A stretch of DNA of 64,000 nt. Source: Lama guanicoe (taxonomy: Eukaryota). A program made the position numbers and the translations under genes. The stretch lies in contig MU053216.1 in the NCBI GenBank assembly GCA_013239625.1, forward strand, positions 374,001 through 438,000. The letters run 5' to 3'. Under the pieces are notes generated by a model. The model did not search any database. It was not told the DNA's origin and worked only from the letters and a program-made list of their open reading frames with translations. Shown here piece after piece: positions 12,823-24,914 of the stretch (the stretch's first letter is position 1; every line of letters starts with the position of its first letter).

Positions 12823-15379
12823 AAGAATACAAGTTTTACTTCACAAGTTGGCCCACATACATTCTGCTGTGACCTAAGCTGAACACACGTCACCATAGTC
12901 TCTGCCTTTCTTCCTTCCCTCGTCTGTCCCTGACTCCACCTCTCTACCAGGGGACACATCATCTTAATTTCCCTGAGGACACAGGGCCAGACTAACAAAG
13001 CTCTGGAGGGACAGAGGTTACTAGGAGTTGAACCCCAGTCTGGGGAGACGCTAAGGGCCTGGTCATGGGCTCTGAGACCACTACAGAACCAGCCTGGATT
13101 TCTGAGTCAAGGTAGCATCATCCTAGTCCCCCGAGTTTCCCTCCGAATGAAGACCGACCAGACTGGACCAGAGACAAGCCCTGTGTGGACCGACAGCAGT
13201 ACCCTCCACCACACTCAGCACAAACATGAGGGCCAATGTAATACATCCGGAAGGCACAGCAGGCCTCATTCTAACAAACCCCAGAAAGCCTCCTTTCCAA
13301 AAGCAGGCAGTGGCCTCTTATGCAGCCCAGCAACTCAGGAGACTCAGCTCCATGAGCCTGTGTCGGACCTAGAGCTCCCAGGATCATAATGCTGAGGACA
13401 CCAGACAGGTGCTAAGAATCAACCTTACCAAATACATACATACATACTTGAAAATGAAAGAAGTTTTAGAAGTAGCAGCCCACACTTCACACCCCATAGT
13501 GGATACACATACAGGGAACGGGAATTCCTCTGCTAGCAAACTCGTGCCTCCAATGGTTATATAACCAGGTTAACGCTCCTTTCACTGAAGACGCTACATA
13601 CACACCAAATCTCACTTTACCTGCCCAGGTTTAGTTCGTCTGCTTCAGTTTCCAAGGCTTTCATCAGAGCAGCGCCTCCTCCCAGTCTATTTCAAGTATC
13701 ATTAACAGGCCCCCTGGAGCTAGTTATCTCTGACGCAAGCACCTCGTGGCAGAAGCAAAGGCTGCCGAGACAGAAAGGTCTCTAAGTCAAAAGCGGCATC
13801 CAGGCACCAGAACCTCAAGTGCAAAACATGTACCATGACCTTGCGGGAGAAGAAAAATCATCCCCTCAACATCCCCCGGGGGGGGTTCTCCCAACGTGCC
13901 CAGATGGCAGCCCCCAGTGGGTCAAGAGGCCACAGCCAAAGCAGAAGACAGGGTGGGCGCAACTGTCCTGGTAATCCACAACGTGCTTGTACGGCAGGCG
14001 GTGGTTCTGACCAAACAATCGGATGGCTGCGCCACTCTCCACTCAGAAGCACAGTCATCACGACGCTGCTCAGCCACTGGCGGCTCCAGTCTCTCATTTT
14101 GAAACCACAGAGAAACACTGCAACTCTGAGGAAACTGACTCGTAAAGAGTTCCTGAGCCAAGAAAGGCCCCTGGTCCGGATTCAAGCAAAGAGACGGTCT
14201 CTCAACATAAGGTCTGTGAGACCTCAAATCCTCAACAGCTTCATCTCTAGCTGAATCTGTCCGGTTGAGTGCACCGCGCCAGTTCAACTCACTGACAGCC
14301 TGTAAACAGGCACAATGCCACACTGCACTTGCACGTGCTTTTAAGATCCCCAGCTGTCAACTCTTTCCTCCTGGACGTGAAAGGAGCACTCACAGAGAGA
14401 AGGTGCACTTCGCAATCTGGGCTGGTAGGTAAGAGAGAAGGAAAGGCACCAAGGCGGCCAGTCAAAGGGAAAGGGCTGCGGACAGTGGTTCCCTGGTGCG
14501 GGAAGAACCACAGGCCTGACCTCAGGGAGGTGCTGTTCTCAGGGCACAGCTAAACCGTCTGCGCTGAGGGCCGGGGTCACCTTAAAAGAAACGGACTACC
14601 GAGTTACACTAAGAAAACAGAGCTTCAGTAAAGAACCACGTGGACCAGAAAACTGGTTTCTAGTTCTCCTTCCTCTGTGGTCCCTTGACGTGGTTTCTTT
14701 CAGAATCTAGCCCTCAATCTCCTTACCATTCTAAATACATTAGAAAAGTAAAAGTTCATCTTTTCAAAGAGCTCAGAAAGTTAAAACAACGAACGTGGCC
14801 CTCTTCGTGTCTTTCCCATTCATGTCCAGCTCCTCATTAGATGAGCTATAAAGCCCCTAGGTTTAAATCTGAAGAATCCGTGCCTAAGGGCAACTTCTCT
14901 CCTTTCTAACCTTGGGCAAGCAAGTTTTCTGAGCTTCAGACTCCTCACCTGTAAAATGGTCATTGTAACCACACTACCCTGCCGCGCCTACTTCAAAGGA
15001 TCCCTGAGAAGATCCACATGCACGAGAAAATACAAAATAACTTTTAAACAGCAAAGGACTATGCAAGGGTTGGCTGCTACCTTAGGTGGGGCGGTTATGA
15101 GCAGGAGAAACATGGATACAAATGGGAGGAAAGAAGGGAAGGTTCTTCCACCTGAAAAAGAAGAACTGCAAACACAGCGAGGACTAATTCTAAGCTATTG
15201 GCTAATACGTTCAGGGACGTGGGATGACACGAAATTGCATTATTATTCGTTAAGTGGATTCTCATGCTAACACATTCACTCCGCAGACAGCAGAAGAGGA
15301 AAATAAGGAAGAGCAGGAGTGGGTGTCCAGCTCTCTGCTCACCGAAACACCTGCCGAAGTTCCACTTGGGGAGGGAGGG

Positions 15380-16560
15380 CGGGGCGGTCACGACAGCCAA
15401 CACTTACCGGACGCGGGTGCACAGGTGTTATCACCGCGCTCAGACCCGTCAAGTTGCCCACAGCGCGCACACCGCAGCTCTGCCCGCGGCGTAGACGAAG
15501 GGCCGCGGGGCAGGGCACACAGAAGGAGCGCGGAAAAAGGCCACTCCGGGGTCTGACAACGCCAGTGCCTCGGCCGATGGTCTCCAAAGGACGACGGAGG
15601 GAGCGGGCGAGCAGGCGGGGAGACACCTGGACCCGAGGTCGGCGGTGCCCGGAGACCCCGCCGGGGGACGCACACTGGCTCCGGTTCCGGAACTGCTGGC
15701 CTCGCCCCAACCCGGGGACGAGCCCCTCAGGGCCGGCGGGACCACGCGCCCAGGAAGCGGGGCTTCGGAAAGGGCGCCCACGAGAGGCACGAGCCCACCG
15801 GACGGCGAGGACGACGCGGGCCCGAGCGCCGGGAACCAGGACGACCGCGGGCCCCGGCCGCGAGCCGCGGGGCGGCGTGGCAGCGGCTCACCTGGTGCAG
15901 GGCTGTCAAGCCGTCCACGTTGGCCGTGTCCACGTCGGCGCCCCGGGCCAGAAGCCGCCGCACCTCGTCGGTGTCTCCGCTGGAGCAGGCGGCCAGGAAC
16001 ACGGCGCCGTCCTCGAAGCGGACCCGCGGGCCCCCGCGCCGAGTCTGCGGCGGCCGCCCCGCGCCCGGCCGGTCGGCGGGCTCCTGTTCCGTCAGCGAGC
16101 CCCGCCAGCGCCGCAGCTGCTCGGCCCGCCGCGCCCGCGCCGACTCGGCCCGCTTCCCGCCCAGGTGCTCCAGCTCCGCCATCGCCGCTGCCGCTCCGGG
16201 GCCGGCGCCGCGCCGCCTCCCAGCGCCTCAGCCGGGAGCGGAGGGCGGAGACCCGCGCGCTGCCATCTTTACTGCTCCGCCGCCCGCACGCCCCGCGGCC
16301 TCAGCACGCAGGCGCGACGGCGCCGCGGGTCGTCACGGGACTCGTAGTCCGAGGCCCGCGCCCACGCCCTGGCCCGGGGCGCCGGCGCCCGGGCGGAACT
16401 ACAAGTCCCTGGGTGCATCGGGAAGAGGCGCGGCCTGGGACTCCCCGCTGGCTGCGGACGCGCGGGGTCACCTCTGCCCCAGAGCGGGCGCTGGTCCCGG
16501 GCCGGAGTCGGGCTCTGGGGGCGCGTTGGGAGTCGCAGTTTATTCCTGTTGTGACTACCA
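15380..16560 (-). promoter_or_regulatory. CpG island / promoter of PPP1R12B
   Basis: Very GC- and CpG-rich stretch covering exon 1. YY1-type AAGATGGC on minus (16262-16269); ACTACAnnTCCC-type motifs at 16337, 16398, 16528. Boundaries approximate. Confidence 0.88.
15892..16182 (-). CDS. PPP1R12B: Protein phosphatase 1 regulatory subunit 12B (MYPT2), coding exon 1 (97 codons); rest of gene lies beyond the left edge
   Basis: Translation MAELEHLGGKRAESARARRAEQLRRWRGS...RVRFEDGAVFLAACSSGDTDEVRRLLARGADVDTANVDGLTALHQ. Has a MyPhoNE-type motif (RAEQLRRW), RVxF PP1-docking motif (RVRF, aa 53-56) and first ankyrin repeat. Ends at a phase-0 donor CAG|GTGAGC. Synteny with UBE2T/LGR6. Confidence 0.96.
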
Positions 16561-18596
16561 ACTAATCTGGGCTCCCTCGTTATCACTACAGCCTTGTGAA
16601 GTGAAAAAGGGGTTGGTGATTATCTCTGTTTTCTCTAGCGGAAAACCGGACGGAAAGTACCCGAAACTCAAAACCGCGTCCTGCTTCTAAATCCAGTTTT
16701 ATCAACATTGTAACGTGGGCGCGTTAACCTGGAGCCCAGACAAGGTCCTGGGGAGGATGCACGCAGGCATGTGGGAAGAGCGTTCACACTCACATTCAGT
16801 TCACGTCCCTGCACAAGTTGCTGGATGTCTCCGAGCGTGTTCCCTTGTTTGTAAAATGGGAATAATTAACCTCCTAGGGTGGTCGTGTGGTCGAATAGGA
16901 CCGTACATGCAAGGATACCTGGTACTACTATCCTTGGCGTGTATCAGCCCACAGTAAATACTAACTTCCCTACTTTCTCCTCCTCTTCTACCCTTTTCAT
17001 GGATCTTAAATTCTGGACACAATGGATGTCTTGTCTTCCACTATTTCTTCCTCAAAGCTACAAAAAGATACTATGGAACATGCCAAACTCCTAAGGCAGC
17101 AAGTGGCCATTTTCACATTCTCAGTGAACTTGGTTATAAAACCTGTGAGACTGACTTAGTAACCATACCCCCCAGGGCTTTGCCCTTGGACAAAATATAA
17201 TTAAACGTGGTATCCATAACGAGAGAGAACAGGTACAATTATTAGGTTCTTTAACTTTCTCGTATGTTTGAAGTTTTTCATTTCAAAAATGCTGCAAAAT
17301 GATTAGGTCATTTAATGGGAAACTATTATATTCTATCATATGTGCATTTGCCTGTGCCTTAAGTTCCCCTGAGACAAAGCGAGAATCCAATGAAAAGTGA
17401 TGTATAAATATGGAGTATTATGTTTAATAATACTATGTCTACCCAAATATGCTTTAATTTGGTATTCTTAAATACTTTACAAGCACTAGTTAAGTCATAC
17501 AGCGTCTTCGTGAACTGTAACAACGTGCATAAGATGAAAGGTGCAGCACCCTGCACTTCATACACTCATGCTCTCCTTGCATTCAACCAGTCACCATAGA
17601 ACTTGTCATGCCTCATCATTTACTGGGATCGCTGATAATTAAAACTGTCCACAAGCTCTCAGATAGACTCGCCCTGTTAAGATAAAGTGAATATTGATAT
17701 TAAGTCAGATGGGACAGAATACCCAGCTGGAAACCTAATCCTCTTCAAGAAACCATTATTACCCAAACTCTGCCAATCTGGCAAGGAAGCCAAAAGGTGA
17801 GAGGGGGCAAGTTGTTGGCATAATGCAAATCCATATGTGCCATTTTATTATTATGATCTTGGTGTATGACAGCTGCTCAGAAAAACTGTATAATTGGATC
17901 ATGTATTTTACGTACTTGTTTTCTAATAAGGATTTCTAAACTAGAGTAAATTTTCGTAGATCAGTAATGTTACATTTCTTTTGGATGTATACATTTTACA
18001 TTCAGTATCAGCAAAGAAGAAATATCTGGTTCCACTTGTATAAATAACCTAAAATTGGCCAAGTCCAAGTTAAATCTTTACCATCCTGAGAGGTATCGAC
18101 TTAAATTTCAATAAGAAGAATTCAGTCTCAATACTAGGAAGCTCCAAGGACTACTTCCTTATTCTATTTTACTTGCTTTCTTCCTGAGGTAGTAAGAGTG
18201 TAATACCCTCTTTGGAAATTTAAAAGAAAAATCTTAGTTAAGTTCCTTGGATGATTTAAGTGCATACCTACCTGGAAGGAGAGGACTGTATCTCCCAGCC
18301 ATAGAGATTATGGAGAGCAGTGAGAATTATTATACTCTAATTAATTTAACTAACTCAGCCAAAAAATAAAAAGTTCTGCCACAAAAATAAAATCAATCTG
18401 TGTATAATGTGAAAATTTTTTCAAAATTAAAATCACCTGTTTTTTCTGAAACATCTCCCAACCAGGGCTCTCTGAGAGTAAACTTATACATGATAGTTTA
18501 GATTTCCTAAATACTGTAGAGAAAAAAATTTACATACAGGTGAATAAATCCTGACATATAATCCTGTGTATAAATAAAACACATTTTTGTACTTTT

Positions 18597-19030
18597 TTCC
18601 CCCAGTTTTATTGAGATGTAACTGACATACAGCAGTTTAAGTGTAAGGTGTACAACATAATGACTTGACTTATATATATCATGAAGTGATGACCACACTA
18701 AGTTTAGTGATGTCCATCATCTCATATAAATATATTTTCTTTGTGATGAGAACTCCCAGAATTTACTCTTTCATACATAACATACAGCATGTTAATTGTA
18801 CCTATCATGTAGTACATTACATCCCTAGTATTTATTTACTTTATAAGTAGAAGTTTGTACCTTTGGCCACCTTCATCCAATTCCCCTGCCTCTGGTAACC
18901 ACAAGCCTGATCTCTTTTTCTGAGTTTGTTTGTTTCTTGAAGTGTAATTAACCCACACCACTATGCTGGCTCCTGGTGCACAACATAGTGATTTGCTACT
19001 TCTGTACATTACAAAATGATCACCAGAACC
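18597..19030 (-). mobile_element. L1 3' fragment(s)
   Basis: TTTTATTGAGATGTAACTGACATAC... antisense L1 3'UTR; flanking repeat TTTGTACTTTT (18586-18596, 19031-19041). Confidence 0.8.
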
Positions 19031-19336
19031 TTTGTACTTTTAAATGTACTAAGTGAGCCTGCTATGATGCACATAAATTCTTGTATAAAGTGAGGAATCT
19101 TTTTAAAATAATAATTTCCTATACACTTAAAAATAAACTACAGGTCTCACCTACTCATCCCAGAACAGCAGGAAGGCATCCACAGACAATGCAGAAACAA
19201 ATGGGCTTGACAGAGTCCCAGTAAAACTTTATTTTTGGACACTTAAAAAATAAAAAAATAATAAACTACAGTATTAGAATACTCCTTGTTTTAAAGCAGT
19301 GACACCTGTACACACAGTTCATGAAAAGCTTTCCGC

Positions 19337-19785
19337 ACAACATAACGCCATTTGCAGCAACATGGATACTCCTGGAGAATGTCATTCTAAGTGAAGTAAG
19401 CCAGAAAGAGAAAGAAAAATACCATATGAGATCGCTCATATGTGGTATCTAAAAAACCCCAAAAAACAAAGCATAAATACAAAACAGAAATAGACTCACA
19501 GACATGGAATACAAACTTGTGGTTGCCAAGGGGGCGGGCGGTGGGAAGAGATAGACTGGGATTTCAAAACTGTAGAATAGATAAACAAGATTATACTGTA
19601 TAGCACAGGGAAATATATACAAGATCTTATGGTGGCTCACAGAGGAAAACATGTGACAATGAATATGTATATGTTCATGTATAACTGAAAAATTGTGCTC
19701 TGCACTGGAATTTGACACACTGTAAAATGATTATACATCAGTAAAAAATGTTTAAAAAAAAGAAAGAAGAAATAAAGAAAAAAAA
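19337..19785 (+). mobile_element. Young 5'-truncated L1
   Basis: GCCATTTGCAGCAACATGGAT...AAGTGAAGTAAGCCAGAAAGAGAAAG L1 3' end with A-rich tail; perfect 14-bp TSD GAAAAGCTTTCCGC (19323-19336, 19786-19799). Confidence 0.92.
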
Positions 19786-20039
19786 GAAAAGCTTTCCGCG
19801 AGGCGTCCGTCCCCACCGGTCACCCTACCTCCCCCTGGTGGGCAAATGGAAAATGTGCGTCTAGCCCAGGGAGCTTTCCTTCATCGGAGTCTTTGCGCTA
19901 GGTTCCCGAAACGACCGCTATTTGCTCGTTTTATCATGCCGTCCCTCCTTCCCACCAGCCTCGGCATAGTTCTGGTTTCTGAGAGACACTTAAGACTCGA
20001 TTCTGAGAAAAACACCCAAGGACGCGATCAGTCTCAGTT

Positions 20040-21060
20040 CTGAAGAGAGAACCGCGACGGCCGCACAGTTGGCGCTGGGGTGAAGAGGAAGCCCCGAAGG
20101 CATCAAAGCAGAACGCCTCGGCGGTAACAGAAGCGGCCGCTCCGGAACGAGCACGGAAAACACTTCTCCGCCGTGAGTGCGGCTCCCGGCGCGCGCGGAG
20201 CCCCGCGGCCGAGTGGGGAGCCGACTGGACCGGGCACACGGCTCGCGTCTGTGACTCCTCCTACGCCGCCGTCGCGGGCTCGTCCCCCGGCCGGGCGAGG
20301 ACCCCGCGTGGAAGGCGGGGCGGTCCTCGAGAGCGCGGGGGCTCCAGAGGACTGGCCGCCCGGCGCTCGAGGGAGGCGAGGGCGCGCGCGGCTGCAGCGC
20401 GGCCCGAGCACCGCGGACGGCCCCGCGGCTCCGACGTCCTCGGTGAAACACCCGCGGCGCGCAGCCCCGCTGCGGACCACGGGCTCCCGGCTCCTCCCGC
20501 TGTGCCTCCTGCGGGGCGGCGCCCAGCCCCTCCCTCCCAGACAGAGCCGACCGCGGCAACCGCCTCGTAACGGTCCCCGCGGCGCCCGCGCTCGCGTTCG
20601 AACGCGGATTCAGAGCTCGGCCAATCGGAGGCCGCGCTCCTCTCCGGGAGGAGCTCCGAGCCAATCACAACCCTCGGGGGCGGGAGGCGGGGAGGACGCA
20701 AACGTCGGGCTTGCGCAGTCGCGGTGCAAGCTGGCCCGCGCCGCTTCGCTTAGGGGCGTCCGCGCAGGTAGGAGAGCGTGTCCACGGAGCCGGGGCTGCG
20801 TGAGTCTTGGCAGGGAGGGTCCTTTTTGCCCCATGTGGGAGTCTCCTCTTCTCGGACAAGCAGCTGTGGAGCGGAGGCACTGGTTGTCTTGGCAGCCGTG
20901 GTGCGCGCGCGCCCCCGGCCGGTCCCCTAGACCCCCGGCCGCCCCGGCCGTTCCTCACGCCGGGCCGAGCCCCCTGCCCCCACCACCTCGGGGCCACCCT
21001 GGGCATTCAGGTAGCGAGAATTAGCCTGGTAAGGGCCCTGCCCTCGCCGCGGTCTGCGCT
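20040..21060 (+). promoter_or_regulatory. CpG island / promoter and non-coding first exon of UBE2T
   Basis: CpG-rich. CCAAT boxes at 20621 and 20661, GC-box/E2F-like GGCGGGA at about 20679. Candidate donors CAG|GTAGGA (20767/20768) and TGC|GTGAGT (20799/20800) upstream of the first coding exon. Confidence 0.82.
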
Positions 21061-21110
21061 CTGGCTGTTCTGTTTCCATCTTTCTCCTCTGTGTCCAAAG
21101 CGCACGTTTC

Positions 21111-21232
21111 GGGGGGAGGGTACAGCTCAGTGGCAGAACGCGTGCTTAGCATGGAGGAGGTCCTGGGTTCCATGCCCACTACCTCCAAGAATAAACAAAT
21201 AAACCTAATTACCTCCCCCTGAAGAGAAACCC
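21111..21232 (+). mobile_element. tRNA-derived SINE (camelid Vic-1-like), UBE2T intron 1
   Basis: Same head and AAATAAACCTAATTACCTCC body as the 5395 copy. Flanked by near-identical AAAGCGCACGTTTCG / AAAATGCACGTTTCG. Confidence 0.88.
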
Positions 21233-22454
21233 AAAATGCACGTTTCGTTTGTTAATTTTTCAAGCTTAGTACTGGGCTGCTTGCTAGTAGGCAAGCATTG
21301 TTGATGAAAACAACTTTAAAAGACTGGGACCTGCCCTCAGGGAACCCGCCCTGGTGCTAGAAGCCATCGCGGTGCAGGACAACTCAGAGCGAGTTGGCCG
21401 CGGTGGAGGTCAGTGGGGCTGGGCAGACGTTTGTGGGCCCGGGTTCCCGGATATGCGGCTGGAAACATGAGTTGGGCATACGTTGCAAAGAACCTTTAAT
21501 ACCCAGAAGATAATAATTGATGGTTTTTGAACCAAGGAGAGCCGTATGCCAATTTGTGTTAATGTGGTGAGACTGGGGTCTGGTGGCTTCCGTTAGAGAG
21601 ATCGCTTACCTGCTCTCTCCCTGTTCTAACCCCTTCACCAGCCTTTCCGCTGTGTTCTCACCTTCTGTGAAGGTGCACATTATTACTGGTGCAAATTTGC
21701 TTTATTGACATTGAGGGTCTCCATGTCTGCTCACTGAGGAAAAGGTAGTAAGGGTCTGTATACAAAGGTGTGCTTAATCACCTAGTGGGGTGACCAGATC
21801 CAGGAGGTGCTGTTCTTAAAGGTGTGGCTGAGGAAATCTGGAAGTAGCTTAAAGAGTAATTTACATGAAAGACTGTTGTAGTGTGACTGAGTCTATTTAA
21901 TGTGTTAATTTGCCTGTAGTATTATTAATTCTATTTAAATACTTCCGAAAGAGTGTGTTAACTGTGGGGGAGCAACAGCCTGGCGATTAGAAGGCCCTAA
22001 TCAAAGGCCCATTCTGTCTTCGCTAAACAACTGAGGGGCATGTCTTGACCCAACCAACACACAAATTTAGTCACCTGTAAATATGTCCCCGGGGTTAAGA
22101 TAGATGCCTCAATTTAAGTTTATGATTATATTGAATTACAACCGTGCAGCTAATGACAATCCATGCTCACCAGGTAATCTGATTATAATTAGTTTTCCAA
22201 ATAGAAATGACTTCGGGAGAGAAGGTGAGGAATTAAACATTTTACCGTAGCTTTCAAATTAGGAAGTTGACCTTTTAATTAATGTTTAGGTCTTTGTGGG
22301 TTTGACATGTATTGGTACATCAAAGCCCTGTCAACTGTAGGTTTACTGCCAAACTGAGTTTTTAGGCTGTAGAAGTGAGAACCAGATCCAGAAATGTGAC
22401 CCTGTCGAGACACTGCGTCCGTAGAAGGCCTTGCTTGGAAAGATGACCTTCCCA

Positions 22455-23800
22455 CGTATAAGTGAGATCATGCAGTGTTTGTCTTTGTCTGGCTTACTCC
22501 ACTGAGCATAGAGCCTTCAAGGTCCGTTGCTGTTGTTGCCAGTGGTGGGATTTCCTCGTTTTTATGGCCGAATAATATTCCATTGTGTGTATGTAGCACA
22601 GCTTCTTTAGCCTTACACATCGATGCATGTTTCCATGTCTTGGCTATCGTAAACAGTACTGCTCTGAACATGAGGGTGCAGACAGCTCTTGGAGTTAGCG
22701 TTGTTTCCTTTGGATTTGTTCCCAGAAATGGAACTGGTGAAGATTTGTTCCCAGAAATGGAACTGGTGAATCACTTTCTTTTTATTGCTGAACGATACCC
22801 CGTGGTATGGACATACCCTGGTTTGTTAGGTTCTCCGTTCTTTGGTTGTTTCCATTTTGGGGCTGTTAGGAATAGTGCTGCTGTGAACATTCACGTACAG
22901 ATTTTCATGTCGGTAGGTTTTCAGTTCTCTTGATTGTGTACCCGGGATAGAATTACAGGGTCGCAAGGCACTCCTTGTTAACCGTTTTGAGGAACGGGCA
23001 GGCTGTTCCCCTAAGCAGCTGCGTCGTGTTGCTTTCTCAGCAGCGGTGGGTGGGGATTTGTGTCTCCACGTCCTCACCAACACTTCGGCACTGTCTCTTC
23101 GGTTATAGTTGTCCTGGTGGTTGTGAAGCTGTATCTCAGAGTGGTTCTGGTTTGAGTTTCCTGGCGGCTAGTGATGTTGGGCACCTTCTCGTGTACTTGT
23201 TAGTCATCGGTGCGTCTTCTGTGGAGAAGCGTCTATTGAGATCGTTTGTCCGTTTTCAATTGGGTTATTTGTCTTCTATCATGGAGGTATTTATATGTCC
23301 TGGATACAGGTAAGCCCCTTATCAAGTATGATTTGTAAGTATTTTCTTTCCTACTGTGGATTTTCCTCACTTTCTTCGTGGTGTTCTTTGAAGCACACAA
23401 GCTTTGAAGTTCGATGAAATCCAGTTTATTCTTTCTTTTGTCTCTTGTGCTCTTGGTGTCGTGTGTAAGAAGACTTTGCACAATGCAAAGTCACGAAGAT
23501 TTATTCTTAGAATTCTTTTTCCATTTTATCTCCTTAATTTTTGCCTGCAGAATTATAAGTCAACAGTTTTTCTCTTTTTGCATTTAAAGAGGCTCCACTG
23601 TTTTCTGGCGTGCGATGTTTCTGAGGAAATGTCTGCTGCGTTTTTATCTCTGTCCTCTGTATGTAAAATGCCTCCCCACCCCCTTGATGCTTTTAACTTT
23701 TTATCCCTGGTTCTCTGCAGTTTAATTAGGAGGTGTCTTAGTGTTTGCCCTCCCCACCATGCCCCACTCAAATCTGTTTAATGTTATTCTACAGCTCACT
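22455..23800 (-). mobile_element. Cluster of old L1 fragments in UBE2T intron 1
   Basis: Antisense L1 ORF2-end motifs (TATAAGTGAGATCATGCAG, AATAATATTCCATTGTGTGT, GCTGTGAACATTCACGTACA, CCTCACCAACACTT, GGAGAAGCGTCTATTGAGATC). Boundaries approximate. Confidence 0.8.
22713..22770. repeat. Perfect 29-bp tandem duplication between L1 fragments
   Basis: GATTTGTTCCCAGAAATGGAACTGGTGAA twice. Confidence 0.92.
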
Positions 23801-24236
23801 AATACTCTGTTCTTTTTCCTTTGTGGGAACATACTTATACTAAAAATTCGTGGGTTTTTTTGAAATTCAAATTTAACTGGGGCTCTTGTATTTTATGTGA
23901 CACCCCTGGTCCAGGCTTGGGACGTGGAGTGTGCAGGAGCACCATATGCTCAGTTCTTACGGGTTCTGTTCTGTTAGACAAGTTGTCGAGGTAAGGTGCT
24001 GGCACTAGGATCAGGGTGCTGGACAACTAGCTCGAAGACATCACCAGAAGGGAATGAAAGGGTCTCAGACCCCCTCCTCAGAGTAGAGATTAATATGAGG
24101 ACCCTCTCTGTCCTTCCCTAAACTGAAACCATGCGCTAAAAACCCCAGTCACTGCTGCTGACGCTTCCGTGGTGGCCGCTTCTCTCCCTAGGGAGTCCCA
24201 GCCGTGGTCACGTGTGAGTCCTTCTCCTTGGGGACC

Positions 24237-24345
24237 ATGCAGAGAGCGTCCCGTCTGAAGAGAGAGCTGAGCCTGCTGGCCACAGAGCCACCCCCGGGCA
24301 TCACGTGCTGGCAGGATGCTGACCGGATGGACGACCTGCGAGCTC
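24237..24345 (+). CDS. UBE2T: Ubiquitin-conjugating enzyme E2 T, first coding exon (exon 2; acceptor probably at 24191/24192)
   Basis: ACCATGC start; MQRASRLKRELSLLATEPPPGITCWQDADRMDDLRA; donor C|GTAGGT; 109 nt. Confidence 0.96.
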
Positions 24346-24914
24346 GTAGGTGTCACACCGCGGCAGAGATGTCACACCCCTGTCGGAGGTTATGCTGAAA
24401 TTTGAACATTTGTGTATTGTTCTGAAGTAGGGGACAGCTGCAGGGAAAAGATGGCCCTGCCACCTTTCTGCCTGACTTGTTTACGTCTAGAAAGGGTTTC
24501 ATAACATTTCGTCTTTGGCCTTTTACTATTTTTGCTGATTTGTAGCCAGGATTCGGGTATCAGCTCTGAAGCAGTGTTTAGACCAAAGATCACCATCTCA
24601 GATGTCCGCGAGGCCAGACAGGAAACGCAAATGATGAGAATCCTGCCGTCCAAACCAAGCAGACCTGCAGCTTGGATATGGTCTGTGGGCGGTGTCTCCC
24701 ACCTTCCGTGCTGATCGTCTGTATGTTCTTTGTTTGACACCAGCTTGGGGTGCACTGTACACTGTGTGAGGACCTGCAAAGCCTGAGAGAGTTACTGTCC
24801 CAGAGCCAGCTTCTCCCTTAGGACCACAGACTGCATTCTGTCCATGTGGTTTGGTAATGCAGATCATCTGATCCCCTCCTTAACTTTTTCTTTTTTTTTT
24901 TTTTTTCTGTAAAG

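Noticed and set aside
1..15891. Further PPP1R12B coding exons
   Set aside because: No ankyrin-repeat continuation found; treated as intron 1.
15319..16690. Long plus-strand ORFs (342, 306, 256 aa) over the PPP1R12B island
   Set aside because: Arg/Pro/Gly/Ala-rich products expected in stop-poor CpG-island DNA antisense to a real exon; no domain signal.
19990..21024. ORFs of 224 and 283 aa over the UBE2T promoter
   Set aside because: Same GC-composition artefact; no recognisable protein.
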